This document shows, in pieces, positions 54,127 through 64,000 of a stretch of 64,000 nucleotides of DNA (positions within the stretch are counted from its first letter, which is position 1; each line of letters starts with the position of its first letter). The DNA comes from Malacoraja senta. Taxonomy: Eukaryota. The notes under the pieces are model-generated. The model saw only the letters and a list, made by a program, of their open reading frames with translations. It searched no databases and was not told the origin of the DNA. Location: assembly GCA_038087875.1 (NCBI GenBank), contig CM075996.1, positions 3,722,001 to 3,786,000 on the forward strand, read 5' to 3'. Both the position numbers and the translations under genes were made by a program.

Positions 54127-54271
54127 CTTCTTCTTCTTCTTCTTTCGTGTGGCGTGCACAGCCTAAAGTTGTTGGACAACTTGTTCTATTTGATCTTCCG
54201 TTTGTGCACGTCGAGTTGATTGCATTAGTCGAAACAGGGCGGACCACGTGAAGGTTGCAATCTTCCACCCC
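54127..54271 (-). mobile_element. Ribozyme-headed short retroposon (HDV-like ribozyme + hairpin + (GAA)n tail), copy B
   Basis: TSD ttctgtgca (54116-54124 / 54272-54280); (TTC)n at 54127-54143 is a (GAA)n tail on the - strand; homologous to 43437-43579 with the same 5' end. Confidence 0.85.
54218..54271 (-). ncRNA. Minimal HDV-like (CPEB3-type) self-cleaving ribozyme, 54 nt
   Basis: Minus strand: P1 GGGGUGG/CCGCCCU (G1-U wobble), J1/2 AA, P2 GAUUGCA/UGCAAUC, P3 ACC/GGU, L3 UUCACGU, J1/4 GU, vestigial P4 UUCGA, J4/2 CUAA (putative catalytic C at 54228). Confidence 0.85.
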
Positions 54272-55589
54272 TTCTGTGCAATGAACATCACCCACTCACC
54301 CAGCCTCAGCAGAGCCCCCTGTCCATCCCACTCAGCCCGTCTGGCTCTGCCAGGAATAGACAGACCCTCCACCCACTGGCACCCACCCACGCCGTTGCTT
54401 CAAGTTCAAGGCCAGGGTAACGGGCTTTTGCAATTCAAGTCCGTCCTGCCAGAGGGTGGTGAATCTGTGGAATTCATTGCAACAGGCGGTGGTTGAGGCC
54501 AAGCCCTTGGGTATTTTTAAAGCTGAGATGGATAGGTTCGTGATTAGACAAAAGTGCTGGAGAAACTCAGCGGGTGCAGCAGCATCTATGGAGCGAAGGA
54601 GATAGGCGACGTTTCGGGCCGAAACCCTTCTTCAGACTCTTCTTCAGGTTCGTGATTAGTAGGGGCATCAATGGTCATGGGGAGAAGGTAGGAGAACTGG
54701 GCTGACTCACGCAGAAAACCCTCAACAGCGATGCTTTCTCTTGATTAAACTCTTCTCGCTGTTTGGGTTTATCTCACATCCTTAAGGGGCCTGTCCCACT
54801 GTAGGAGGTAATTCAAGAGTTCTCCCGGGTTTCCCTGATTCGAACTCGGAGAATTACGGTAATAGCCGCTCGTAGGTACTCGGGGCTCTCGTGGACATTT
54901 TTCAACATGTTGAAAAATCTTCACGAGTCTTCCCGAGCTTACCGCGTTTCCCCGGGTACCTGCCGTTAGCGTTACAGGCCGCTAAGAGACGTCCCCGAGC
55001 TCCTACGTACCCGCTACGTACATTCTACGTGCTTACCACGAGTTTTTTTTTAAAACTCGGGAGAGCTCTTGAATTACCTCGTACAGTGGGACAGGGCCTT
55101 TAGTGGAAAGATGGCCGGGTGTTGGAAAGGATGCACAGGAGGTTTATTTGGACTGGACAATCGTACATGCCAAACTGCTAATTTACAAAGATGAGAGGGG
55201 GCAATCGGAGAATTATGGTCAGTTATCCGAACTACTTCTGCTGGATGTGTGCGAGACCTCATAACTATGGGTAGAATGAGGTAACCCTAACCCAGCAGAT
55301 CAGAGAACGGCAGCGAATTTGTATGGAGCAGTCAGGCCTGACCAACCTGATTGAATTTTCTGATGAGATAATTACAACAGTGAAAAGGGATTTGTCTGTG
55401 GATGTTATTTATTGTCTTCCAAAAGGTATTTGATAAAGTCCCTCAGGAGAGACTGATAGCAGACCGTCCAAATCAAATAATGTGGACTGTAAATAGTGGA
55501 CCCTGGACTTGACTCGGGATGGAGTTAGTCATTAGAAACTGATTTTGGGCTCGTTGGCTATTTTCAGTTTCAGTTTAGTTTATTGTCAG

Positions 55590-55850
55590 GAGATACACAA
55601 AAATGCTGGAGAAACTCAGCGGGTGCAGCAGCATCTATGGAGCGAAGGAAATAGGCAACGTTTCGGGCCGAAACCCTTCTTCAGACTGACAGGGGGTGGG
55701 GAGAAAAAAGGAAAAAAGGCGGAGGAGGAGCCCGAGGGCTGGGGGATGGGAGGAGACAACCAGAGGGCTGATGAAGGGGAGGGGACAGCAAGGGCTAGCA
55801 GAATTGGGAGAATTCAATGTTCATGCCCCCAGGATGTAGACTGCCCAAGC
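55590..55850 (-). mobile_element. Penelope-like element extreme 3' fragment
   Basis: Reverse-complement match to 42580-42846. Confidence 0.8.
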
Positions 55851-56121
55851 GTTTATTGTCACGTGTACCGAGGTACAGTGAAAAGCTTTTTGTTGCGTGT
55901 TATTCGGTCTGCAGAAAGACGATACATGATTACAATCGAGCCATTTACAGTGTATAGATATCGTGATAAGGGAATAATGTTTAATGCAAGGTAGGTAGAG
56001 CCAGCAAAGTCTGATCAAGGATAGTCCGAGGGTCACCAAAGAGGTAGATAGTAGTTCAGCACTGTTCTCTGGTTCATGATTTATGGATGTTTGAGGTGGT
56101 GGAAGGTACAACTACAGCTTT

Positions 56122-56703
56122 ATGCCCCTGTCCCACTTAGGAAACCTGAACGGAAACCTCTGGAGACTTTGCGCCCCACCCAAGGTTTCTGTGCAGTTCC
56201 CGGAGGTTTTTGTCCGTCTCCCTAATGGTCGAAAGTGGTTTCCGCTTCTTCTATGTTCCGGCGATTATTTCAAAAAATTCAAAACCGGCCGTGACTAAAA
56301 ATAGGGTTGTCGTTTTAAAAATCGGTAATTTTTTAGTCGAAGCCGGTTGCGATGCTAGTTGAAGGTGGTTGCTGGAGGTTGCAGGTAGTGGAAGGTAAGA
56401 CCTTTTTTTCACCCAGTTTTATTCCACCAGGGAGGTCTTACCTTCCACTACCTGCAACCTCCGGCAACCACCTTCAACTAGTATCGTAACCGGCTTCAAC
56501 TAAAAAATTACCGATTTTTAAAACGGCAACCTATTTTTAGTCGCGGCCGGTTTTGAATTTTTTGAAATAATCGCCGGAACATAGAAGAAGCGGAAACCAC
56601 TTTCGACCATTAGGGAGACGGACAAAAACCTCCGGGAACTGCACGGAAACCTTGGGTGGGGCGCAAAGTCTCCAGAGGTTTCCGTTCAGGTTTCCTAAGT
56701 GGG
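56122..56703. mobile_element. Foldback MITE, family E (two ~270-bp arms, ~30-bp loop)
   Basis: 56132-56403 is the near-perfect reverse complement of 56433-56703; left end cccctgtcccac. Confidence 0.85.
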
Positions 56704-58361
56704 TGCCAGAGACAGGAGGAAGGCTGCAGCCCTAAATCCTTCCCCACCCCTCCTGCCCTCCCCCCTCCCACAATGCAGCCTTCATGTGTCCCCACTGCTC
56801 CGGCATGTATGGCTCATGCATCGGACGCGACAACCACACTCGATCCCATAAGACATTAGACTGCACAACCATGCTATCTTCATCTACAACGGTCCACCAC
56901 CATAGAAACATAGAAAAATTGTTGCAGGAGTAGGCCATTCGGTCCTTCGAGCCAGCACCGCCATTCAATATGATCATGGCTGATCATCCAAAAATTACCA
57001 GCCCGCTCCTGCTTTCTCCCCATATCCCTTGATTCCATTAGTCCATTAGCCCTAAGAGCTAAATCGAACTCTTTTGAAAACATCCAGTGAATTGGCCTCC
57101 ACTGCCTTCCAGTGAATATAAGCCTAATCGATCCATTCTTTCATCATATGTCAGTCCAGCCATCCCGGGAATTAACCTGGTAAACCTGCACTGCACTCCC
57201 TCAATAGCAAGAATGTCCTTCCACAAATTGAGGACTAAAACTAACAACATTTGGAAGCCATTTGAACAGGTACGTGGATAGATGGAGGTTATGGGGAGAA
57301 GGCAGGAGAATGGGGTTAGGAGGGAGAGATAGATCAGCCATGGTTGAATGGCGGAGTAGACGATGGACCGAATGGCCTAATCTGCTCCTATCACTTATGA
57401 CCTTAATAGCTTCCATGTCAATGTAATCCCCTAACTAGTACATTATCCTGATATTCAGTGTATCCATCACCGGCACACCCTAACTACTGTGTATCCATCC
57501 TTAATCAGAAGTGTAGTTACTGTATAAAAGCTGTAGTTACTGTATAAAAGCTAAAAAATGTTAACTCTTGTTTCTCTCTCCGCAGATGCCGCCTGCCTTG
57601 TGGAGTGTTTCCAGCAGGTCTTGCTTGTTATTTCAGATTTACTGCACCCTCAACATCCCCCGTGGAATGGATGCAATTGCTGGCGTTAGTTGAATAAGCT
57701 AATGGCTGGCGGAGGTTTGGCGGTACAGGTCTCCATTCTCCCCTGTTACTGTGGGAGTGAGACGTCACTTGCTGAATCAGTGGTGGTGTTTGTGCCACAA
57801 TAATGCTGGGTAACTGGAACCGTGGTCACACTAAGAGTTTCAGTGTGACCCTTGACCGGAGCGGCTCACCCTTGCCACCACTAGGCACCCCCGGTTTGTG
57901 CTAAAACCTATTGTGTTGAACTGCGCTTGCTGAGGATGTGCAAACTGACCCATCCACCTACAGGTGGGTGTGAAATATAAAAAACTTAGGGCATGGATCT
58001 AAAACAAATGTACCAATCTGTCACATGCTCTCGTAGACTGAGAGGTAACCAATGTGTGTAGATAATCTGCAAATGCACTCATGAAACGGAAGCAATAGTT
58101 GCGTGGGAATCTGAGATTGTACCTTATGCTCATACCAATATAAATTTCGAACTTGGCAATTAATGTTTCAGAGCCTGTGAGTCTGAGGGTGTAACAACGT
58201 GGCCGAACAGATCTGAGTGCATTAGTCTGATCGTACAAAACCCATGGTGTGGGATCTGGAGCAGTTACAATAAGTGTGACGATCTAGGAGGTTGCTAGTA
58301 TACATGTATAGGTACATGTGTATGTGTACAATAATAGGTTCTAGCGGTAATAATTTGAGCA

Positions 58362-58458
58362 CAACAGCCTGAGAGTGCATCAGTGCGAGTGTGTAAGAGA
58401 GACAATGCACCAACAGCCTGAGAGTGCACTAGTGCGAGTGTGTAAGAGAGACAATGCA
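58362..58458 (+). repeat. 49-bp tandem duplication (2 units)
   Basis: caacagcctgagagtgca..agtgcgagtgtgtaagagagacaatgca at 58362 and 58411. Confidence 0.9.
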
Positions 58459-58815
58459 TCGATTTGAAGTGCACCAATATGAGAAACTGCAATATATCCC
58501 GTCTGATTGCAATAAGCCAAATGTAACCATCTCGACAACTACGTTCTAAGAGCCAAACAAACGAGAGTGCAATAATCTGCGGTGATATTCGGTAGTACCA
58601 GTGAGAGCACAGAATATGAGCTCAGCAAACTGAAAATGGGCCAGTTCCGAGAATCTAATCATAACCAGTTAAACAACAGCCGTTTTTCACGCAAATGAAT
58701 GCAAAATCGAAAAAGCTCTCAATGAAAGTACATCAGTGTTAAGGTGTACCAAACTGAGCCACACAATGAGAATCATCTAGCCTTGTAATCAGGAAATGTT
58801 CCAATAATGTTTTTA

Positions 58816-59049
58816 AGAAGGAACTGCAGATGCTGGAAAATCGAAGGTACACTAAAATGCTGGAGAAACTCAGCGGGTGAAGCAGCATCTATGGAGCGAA
58901 GGAAATAGGCAACGGTTCGGGCCGAAACCCTTCTTCAGACTGAATCAATCAATCTGAAGAAGGGTTTCGACCCGAAACGTTGCCTATTTCCTTCGCTCCA
59001 TAGATGCTGCTGCACCTGCTGAGTTTCTCCAGCATTTCTGTGTACCTTC
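58816..59049. repeat. Inverted pair of Penelope pLTR pieces (palindrome); similar pairs at 13965-14240, 22015-22228, 29451-29845, 38607-38828, 48055-48277, 51938-52114
   Basis: Left arm ...gtttcgggccgaaacccttcttcagac mirrored by ctgaagaagggtttcgacccgaaacgttgcc...ccagcatt. Confidence 0.85.
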
Positions 59050-59207
59050 AATGGTCCAATAATGGTTGACTTCTCTCGTGCTTGGTGTAACTGTTCAATA
59101 AGGGCAGCCAGCAACTAGTCAATGTATCAAAGCGTGTTTTATTGTGTCCCAAAACGAAACAGACCTATGAGTAAGTACCTAAAGGAACGAGGTAAATTGA
59201 GTGTAAC

Positions 59208-59407
59208 NNNNNNNNNNNNNNNNNNNNNNNNNNNNNNNNNNNNNNNNNNNNNNNNNNNNNNNNNNNNNNNNNNNNNNNNNNNNNNNNNNNNNNNNNNNNN
59301 NNNNNNNNNNNNNNNNNNNNNNNNNNNNNNNNNNNNNNNNNNNNNNNNNNNNNNNNNNNNNNNNNNNNNNNNNNNNNNNNNNNNNNNNNNNNNNNNNNNN
59401 NNNNNNN
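59208..59407. other. Assembly gap (200 N)
   Basis: Run of 200 n. Confidence 1.
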
Positions 59408-59899
59408 AATTTCAGTGGCAAAAGGCAGAACACAAACTGGTTTGTAAGATGTCCACAGATTAATTGAAGCTAATGAGCCTTATTTTACCAGGGCTGCTGT
59501 TTTGCTGGTTCAGTAAAGACAGACTTTTAAGTAATTATCTGCTTCAAGTGATGATATTAATCTCTGTCGGAGCAGAATTCCCAAGGGAATAACATTTACC
59601 GCGTAGAGCAGCCTCGCAGGCAAATATTTGGCCAACTGGAGCGTCACCATGATATATGTGGCTGTAGGTGATGCCAAGTACTGGATGACAGGGAATAGAA
59701 TGGTTTAGTTAGAATACTTATTTATTTTAGAAATATTATTGTTCATCATATTTTCTTTGCTTGAAAGTGGAAATTGTATAGTAAAATTCTTTCCTGTTTG
59801 AAATTCAAGGGTTTTGCTAGTTGCTTGCAAATCCCTATTATGAAAATATCTAAGAAATACTAATAAAGATTCAATGACTGCTGAAGAGTAGAAGCCTTA

Positions 59900-60230
59900 G
59901 GGCAGCACAGTGGCGCAGCATTAGAGTTGCTGCCTACAGTGCTTACAGCTCCAGAGACCCGGGTTCAATCCTGGCTACGGGTGCTTGCCTGTACGGAGTT
60001 TGTACGTTCTCCCCATGACCTGCGTGGGTTTTTCTCCGAGAACTTCGGTTTCCTCCCACACCCCAAAGACGTACAGGTTTGCGGGTGAATTGGCTCGGTA
60101 TAAATGTAAAAATTGTCCCTGGTGTGTGTAGGGTAGTGTTAATGTGCGGGGATCGCTGGTCGGTGCGTATTCGATGGGCCAAAGGGCCTGTTTTCGCGCT
60201 GTATCTCTAAACTAAACTTAATTAAACTAA
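59900..60230 (+). mobile_element. HE1-type V-SINE (tRNA-derived head, V-domain, CR1-like tail); others at 16595-16885(-), 18537-18797(-), 22717-22866, 30360-31263, 33811-34110, 34220-34510, 38340-38585(-), 44550-44920(-), 47155-47375, 47440-47730, 50750-51012(-), 51445-51690(-), 63590-63780(-), 63900-64000(-)
   Basis: A-box-like gtggcgcagc, B-box-like ggttcaatcc, V-domain ggagtttgtacgttctcccc..cgtgggtttt..ggtttcctcccaca, tail gggcctgttt..gctgtatctctaaactaaact. Confidence 0.88.
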
Positions 60231-61587
60231 AGAGCAACCAGGCCATGTAACGCTGCAATGAATCAGGTTCAGACCTTAAGGGCCTGTCCCACGAGCATGC
60301 GACTGCATGCGGCAAGTGCGACCAAACCGGAAGCGAGGGCTGTGCGGGGGCCGCGCGGAGGTCCCGGAGCCGGTCCCACTTCGATCGCCGGAGCCGTATG
60401 GAGTTGTGCGGAGCTGGTCCCGACATCGCGCGGGGCTCCGAAAAACTGACACTGTTCAAAAATTCCACGCGGCAACAGCCTGCCGCCCCGCAGCCGCCTC
60501 GACGGCCGTACGCAGCCGCATCGAGGCCGTGCTTACCGCCTCAACGCCGTAAGCAGCGTCTTGACGCCATACGTCACGCGCGAACTTCCCGCGTCACTCA
60601 CTCGACCTCCGCGCGGCCCCCGCTTCTAGTTTAGTCACGCTTGCCGCATGCAGCCGCATGCTGGTGGGACCGGCCCTGTACGGGGATCACTCGACCTCCG
60701 CGCGGCCCCCGCTTCCGGTTAGGTCGCGCTTGCCGCATGGAGTCGCATGCCCGTGGGACAGGCCCTTTATGCTGCATCTCAACAATTATTGCGTAGGTCA
60801 GGATGTGTCTACTCCAGAAAAGTACGCTTGCATAATGTAGACTTGAACTGTGTATTCCACACAATGTATACCTGTATCGTACACCACACTATATTTGCAC
60901 TGTGATCTACATGCGTACAATGTACACATACAATTGCCAGCAGTTTTACAATACGCTGTAAGAGATATTTATATCCACCACAGTATAATTTGTGCAGTTT
61001 AGATCTTTGACGCAGTGCAAATGATGAACAGCTAGGCAGCGCCCTAATGTCCTGCTGCAATTTTCAATTGTCATTTCGAAAATTAAAACTCAATGGCTTT
61101 ATCAATGAAATGGGCAGTATTGATGAATGCAATTTTCTCAATGTGAATGGAGGTGCAATTTAGATCAGTCACCTTAAATGAGGCTGACTCACAGGACTCT
61201 GCCCACAGCTATTTTTGAGCTCTTGACTTCTGACAGAAAGCCTGTGGGCTTTTCCTATTTTCCCAGGTTGGTAATAGTGGTGTATTAGTGGTAACAGAGC
61301 CGACAATTCCCACCTTGGCTCCACCTGGCTCTCCACTTCCTTCTCCTTTATTCCCCTTCCTTGCAGCCCATCACTTTGACCAGACGCTACCTCGGTATCC
61401 AATCTGAAGAAGGGTCCCGAAACCGATCCTTCTCTCCAGAGATGCTGCCTGACCCGCTGAGTTGCTCCAGCTTTTTGTGTCTATCTTGATATCCTCTCCT
61501 TTGGTGCAATGCCCAGTTTGGCATCTGAGTAAAGCTAGGACCATCACCCGTCTGCCAACATCGTGGGGCAGACCTTAAACAATGATG

Positions 61588-62345
61588 TGTGTAGGAAGGA
61601 CCTGCAGATGCCGGATTAAACCGAAGATAGACACTAAGTGCTGGAGTAACTCAGCGGGTCAGACACTAAAGGGGCTGTCCCACTTGGGCGTCATTTGCGC
61701 GTCATCGTTTACGCATTACGCGCGCATGGTGCGTGGTGATGTAGGCAGTGATGCGCGGTCGTGCGCGGTGCCCCAGGATTTTGGGATGTACAAAATCTTC
61801 GCGCCAAGTGGGACAGGCCCTTAAGTGCTGGAGTAACTCAGCGGGTCAGACAGCATCTCTGAAGAAAAGGAATAGGTGACGTTTTAATACAGAGAGTCAG
61901 GGGAAAGGGAAACAAGAAATATAGACGGTGTTGTGGAGAGACGGAGAACAAATAAATGAAAGATATGCAAAAAAGTAACGATGATAAAGGAGACAGGCCA
62001 TTGTTTGTGGTGGCCTAGGTGAAAACGAGTTACAGACAACAAGACTCAACAAGAAGACTTTGCAGCTGGTACAACGACTTGGGTGGGGGAGGGATGAGAG
62101 AGATGGAAAGCAAGGTTACTTGAAGTTAGAGAAATCAACATTCATACTGGGTTGTAAACTTGCTGGGGGTGTGAGCTGCCCAAGTGAAATATGAGGTGCT
62201 GTTCCTCCAATTTGCGCTGGGCCTCATTCTGACAATGGAGGAGGCCCAGGACAGAAAGGTCAGTGTGGGAATGGGAAGAGGAATTAATGTGTTTGGCAAC
62301 CGGGAGATCAGGTAGGCCCGGGCGGACTGAGCAAAAGGTGTTCAA
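61588..62345 (-). mobile_element. Penelope-like fragment of a second subfamily, interrupted by a MITE
   Basis: ORF 62142-62345 (-) PDLPVAKHINSSSHSHTDLSVLGLLHCQNEAQRKLEEQHLIF; pLTR sequence 61590-61885. Confidence 0.75.
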
Positions 62346-62878
62346 TGGGGTAAAGGAAGGAGATAGCGAGCTGAGTATTATGGTTTCAAGACAATGACGT
62401 CTCCCTCAATGGCAGCAAAATGAAAGATGTGCTCATCAGCTTCAGGATGAGGGCTGGGTCTGCATCCCGGTTCGCTGGCTTTACCAGATCACGTATCTGC
62501 ACACACTGCAAATGGCTCGATTGTAACCACGTATCTATTGTCTTACCGCTGACTGCGTAGCGCGCAAACGGAAGCTTTTCACTGTACCTCGATACACGTG
62601 GCAATAAACCAAACTGTATAAAATTCGACCTTGCGGGTTTAAGAAAAGGGACGTGAGATTGCTGAGTGCAATCAGTGCACGAGAATAGCGCTGCGCACAG
62701 TGGGGGAGTCCACGCATGTTGAGGTTTGAACTATAATGAGTTCAACCCACAGGCTCTTGTGCACTCGGTTCGTTCTGAGCTTTTGACACCCGTGCTTTGT
62801 TAAATAATCAGAAATAAGCATGAGCTCCAGGTACTCACTCCAGGTACTCACTGATCGCTTTTCCTCCTGTCTTTGCAG

Positions 62879-62993
62879 ATACCTTATGAATGTAAGCTTT
62901 GAGGGAAGGAACCTCTCCTTCAGTGAAGACGGGTACCAGATGCACCCCAAATTAGTAATCATCCTACTGAACAAAGAACGGCTATGGGAAAAG
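62879..62993 (+). CDS. grin2b: Internal coding exon of NMDA receptor subunit GluN2B (end of amino-terminal domain)
   Basis: Pyrimidine tract + acceptor ttcctcctgtctttgcag|A at 62879 and donor AAG|gtaagg after 62993; 115 bp. Translates (R)[38 protein letters not shown], which I recognise as nearly identical to vertebrate GluN2B ([39 protein letters not shown]) and less like GluN2A. Confidence 0.95.
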
Positions 62994-64000
62994 GTAAGGG
63001 GCTTTAGTGGGGTTTGTATGGCAACGAAGATCATAGATATTCATGCTGCAAGCCATTTCGCCCATCGTTCCATGATGGAAGCAACCAACGATATTTCATT
63101 GTCCTATCTGGGACACATGACAATAAACTCTCTTGACTCTTGAATCTTGAGTCTCATATACAAACAAAGACACAGAGTGCTGGAGTAACTCAGCGGGACA
63201 GGCAGCATCTCCGGGGGAAAAGGACCAGTGACGTTTCGGGTCGGGACCCTTCTTCAGACATCTTCAGTCTTCTAGCTGAAGAAGGGTTGCAACCTGAAGT
63301 AGACAACTATTTGCGGGTGTCAGGGGTTACGGGGAGAAGGCAGGAGAATGGGGTTGAGAGGGAAAGATAGATCAGCCATGACTGAATGGCGGAGTAGACC
63401 GGATGGCCTAATTCTGCTCCTATCACTGATGAACTTATGAGCTCATCCTTTCAAACCTGCACCACATTTAAGTCAGTGTGATTATCTGACACTGCCCCAG
63501 GTCTCGTGTCCTCTATGCTATATCAGTTCCCCATAACGTTCAATTATCGTAGTTGTGATGTTCTACATCCTTTGGTTTCCCTGCTTGTGGGTTTAGTTTA
63601 GTATAGAGATACAGCACGGAAACAGGCCCTTCGGCCCGACCAGCGATCCCCGCACACTAACACTACCCCACACACACTAGGGACAATTTTTACATTTAAA
63701 CCAAACCAATTAACCTACAAACCTGTACGTCTTTGGAGTGTGGGAGGATACCGGAGATCTCGGAGAAAATCCACGCAGGTTTATAGCATCATGGTTCGAC
63801 CCTGACATTGTGGGCCGAAGGGCCTGTTATTGTGTTGTACTGCGCTATGTTCTATAATGGTTCAATGCAGAGAGGGCATGAATTGCAACTCCGAACCATA
63901 TTTAGTTTAATTTAGAGATGCAGTGCGGAAACAGGCCCTTCGGCCCACCGAGTCCGTGCCAACCGGCAATCTCCGCACACGAACACCATCCTACACACAC

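Larger units (their letters stand above)
1..62878 (+). other. grin2b: Large grin2b intron upstream of the 115-bp exon (at least 62.9 kb; upstream exon not seen in the window)
   Basis: No other GluN2-like peptide in the six-frame track; the exon is internal, so upstream sequence is inferred intronic. Contiguity depends on the gap at 59208-59407. Confidence 0.7.

Noticed and set aside
58362..58458. CRISPR-like array
   Set aside because: Two adjacent 49-bp units with no unique spacers and no cas genes, in a vertebrate context.
62879..62993. Assignment to grin2a/c/d
   Set aside because: Residues [28 protein letters not shown] match GluN2B as I recall it; GluN2A reads [28 protein letters not shown].
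62820..63143. 107-aa ORF as a stand-alone gene
   Set aside because: Only 62879-62993, bounded by AG/GT, resembles GluN2B; the rest is intron read-through.

Overview
Eukaryotic, repeat-dense genomic DNA from a cartilaginous fish (shark/skate/ray, inferred from abundant HE1 V-SINEs and HER1/CR1 LINE 3' ends). Almost the whole window is one very large intron of the NMDA receptor gene grin2b (+ strand); the only host exon seen is a 115-bp coding exon at 62879-62993. The intron holds a ~6.5-kb decayed Tx1 (L1-clade) retrotransposon inserted in a (TC)n microsatellite, many CR1, L2, Rex/Babar and Penelope fragments, about 40 Penelope pseudo-LTR pieces with a minimal hammerhead-like core (often as inverted pairs), at least 11 PIF/Harbinger-type MITEs, and a 200-N assembly gap. 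The most notable observation is a ~145-bp retroposon present twice (43437-43579 and 54127-54271, both - strand, each with its own target-site duplication). It consists of a 54-nt minimal HDV/CPEB3-like ribozyme fold at the exact 5' end, a nested hairpin and a (GAA)n tail, i.e. a ribozyme-headed SINE with no tRNA/5S/7SL promoter head. All family assignments are by eye and from memory; no database searches were run.
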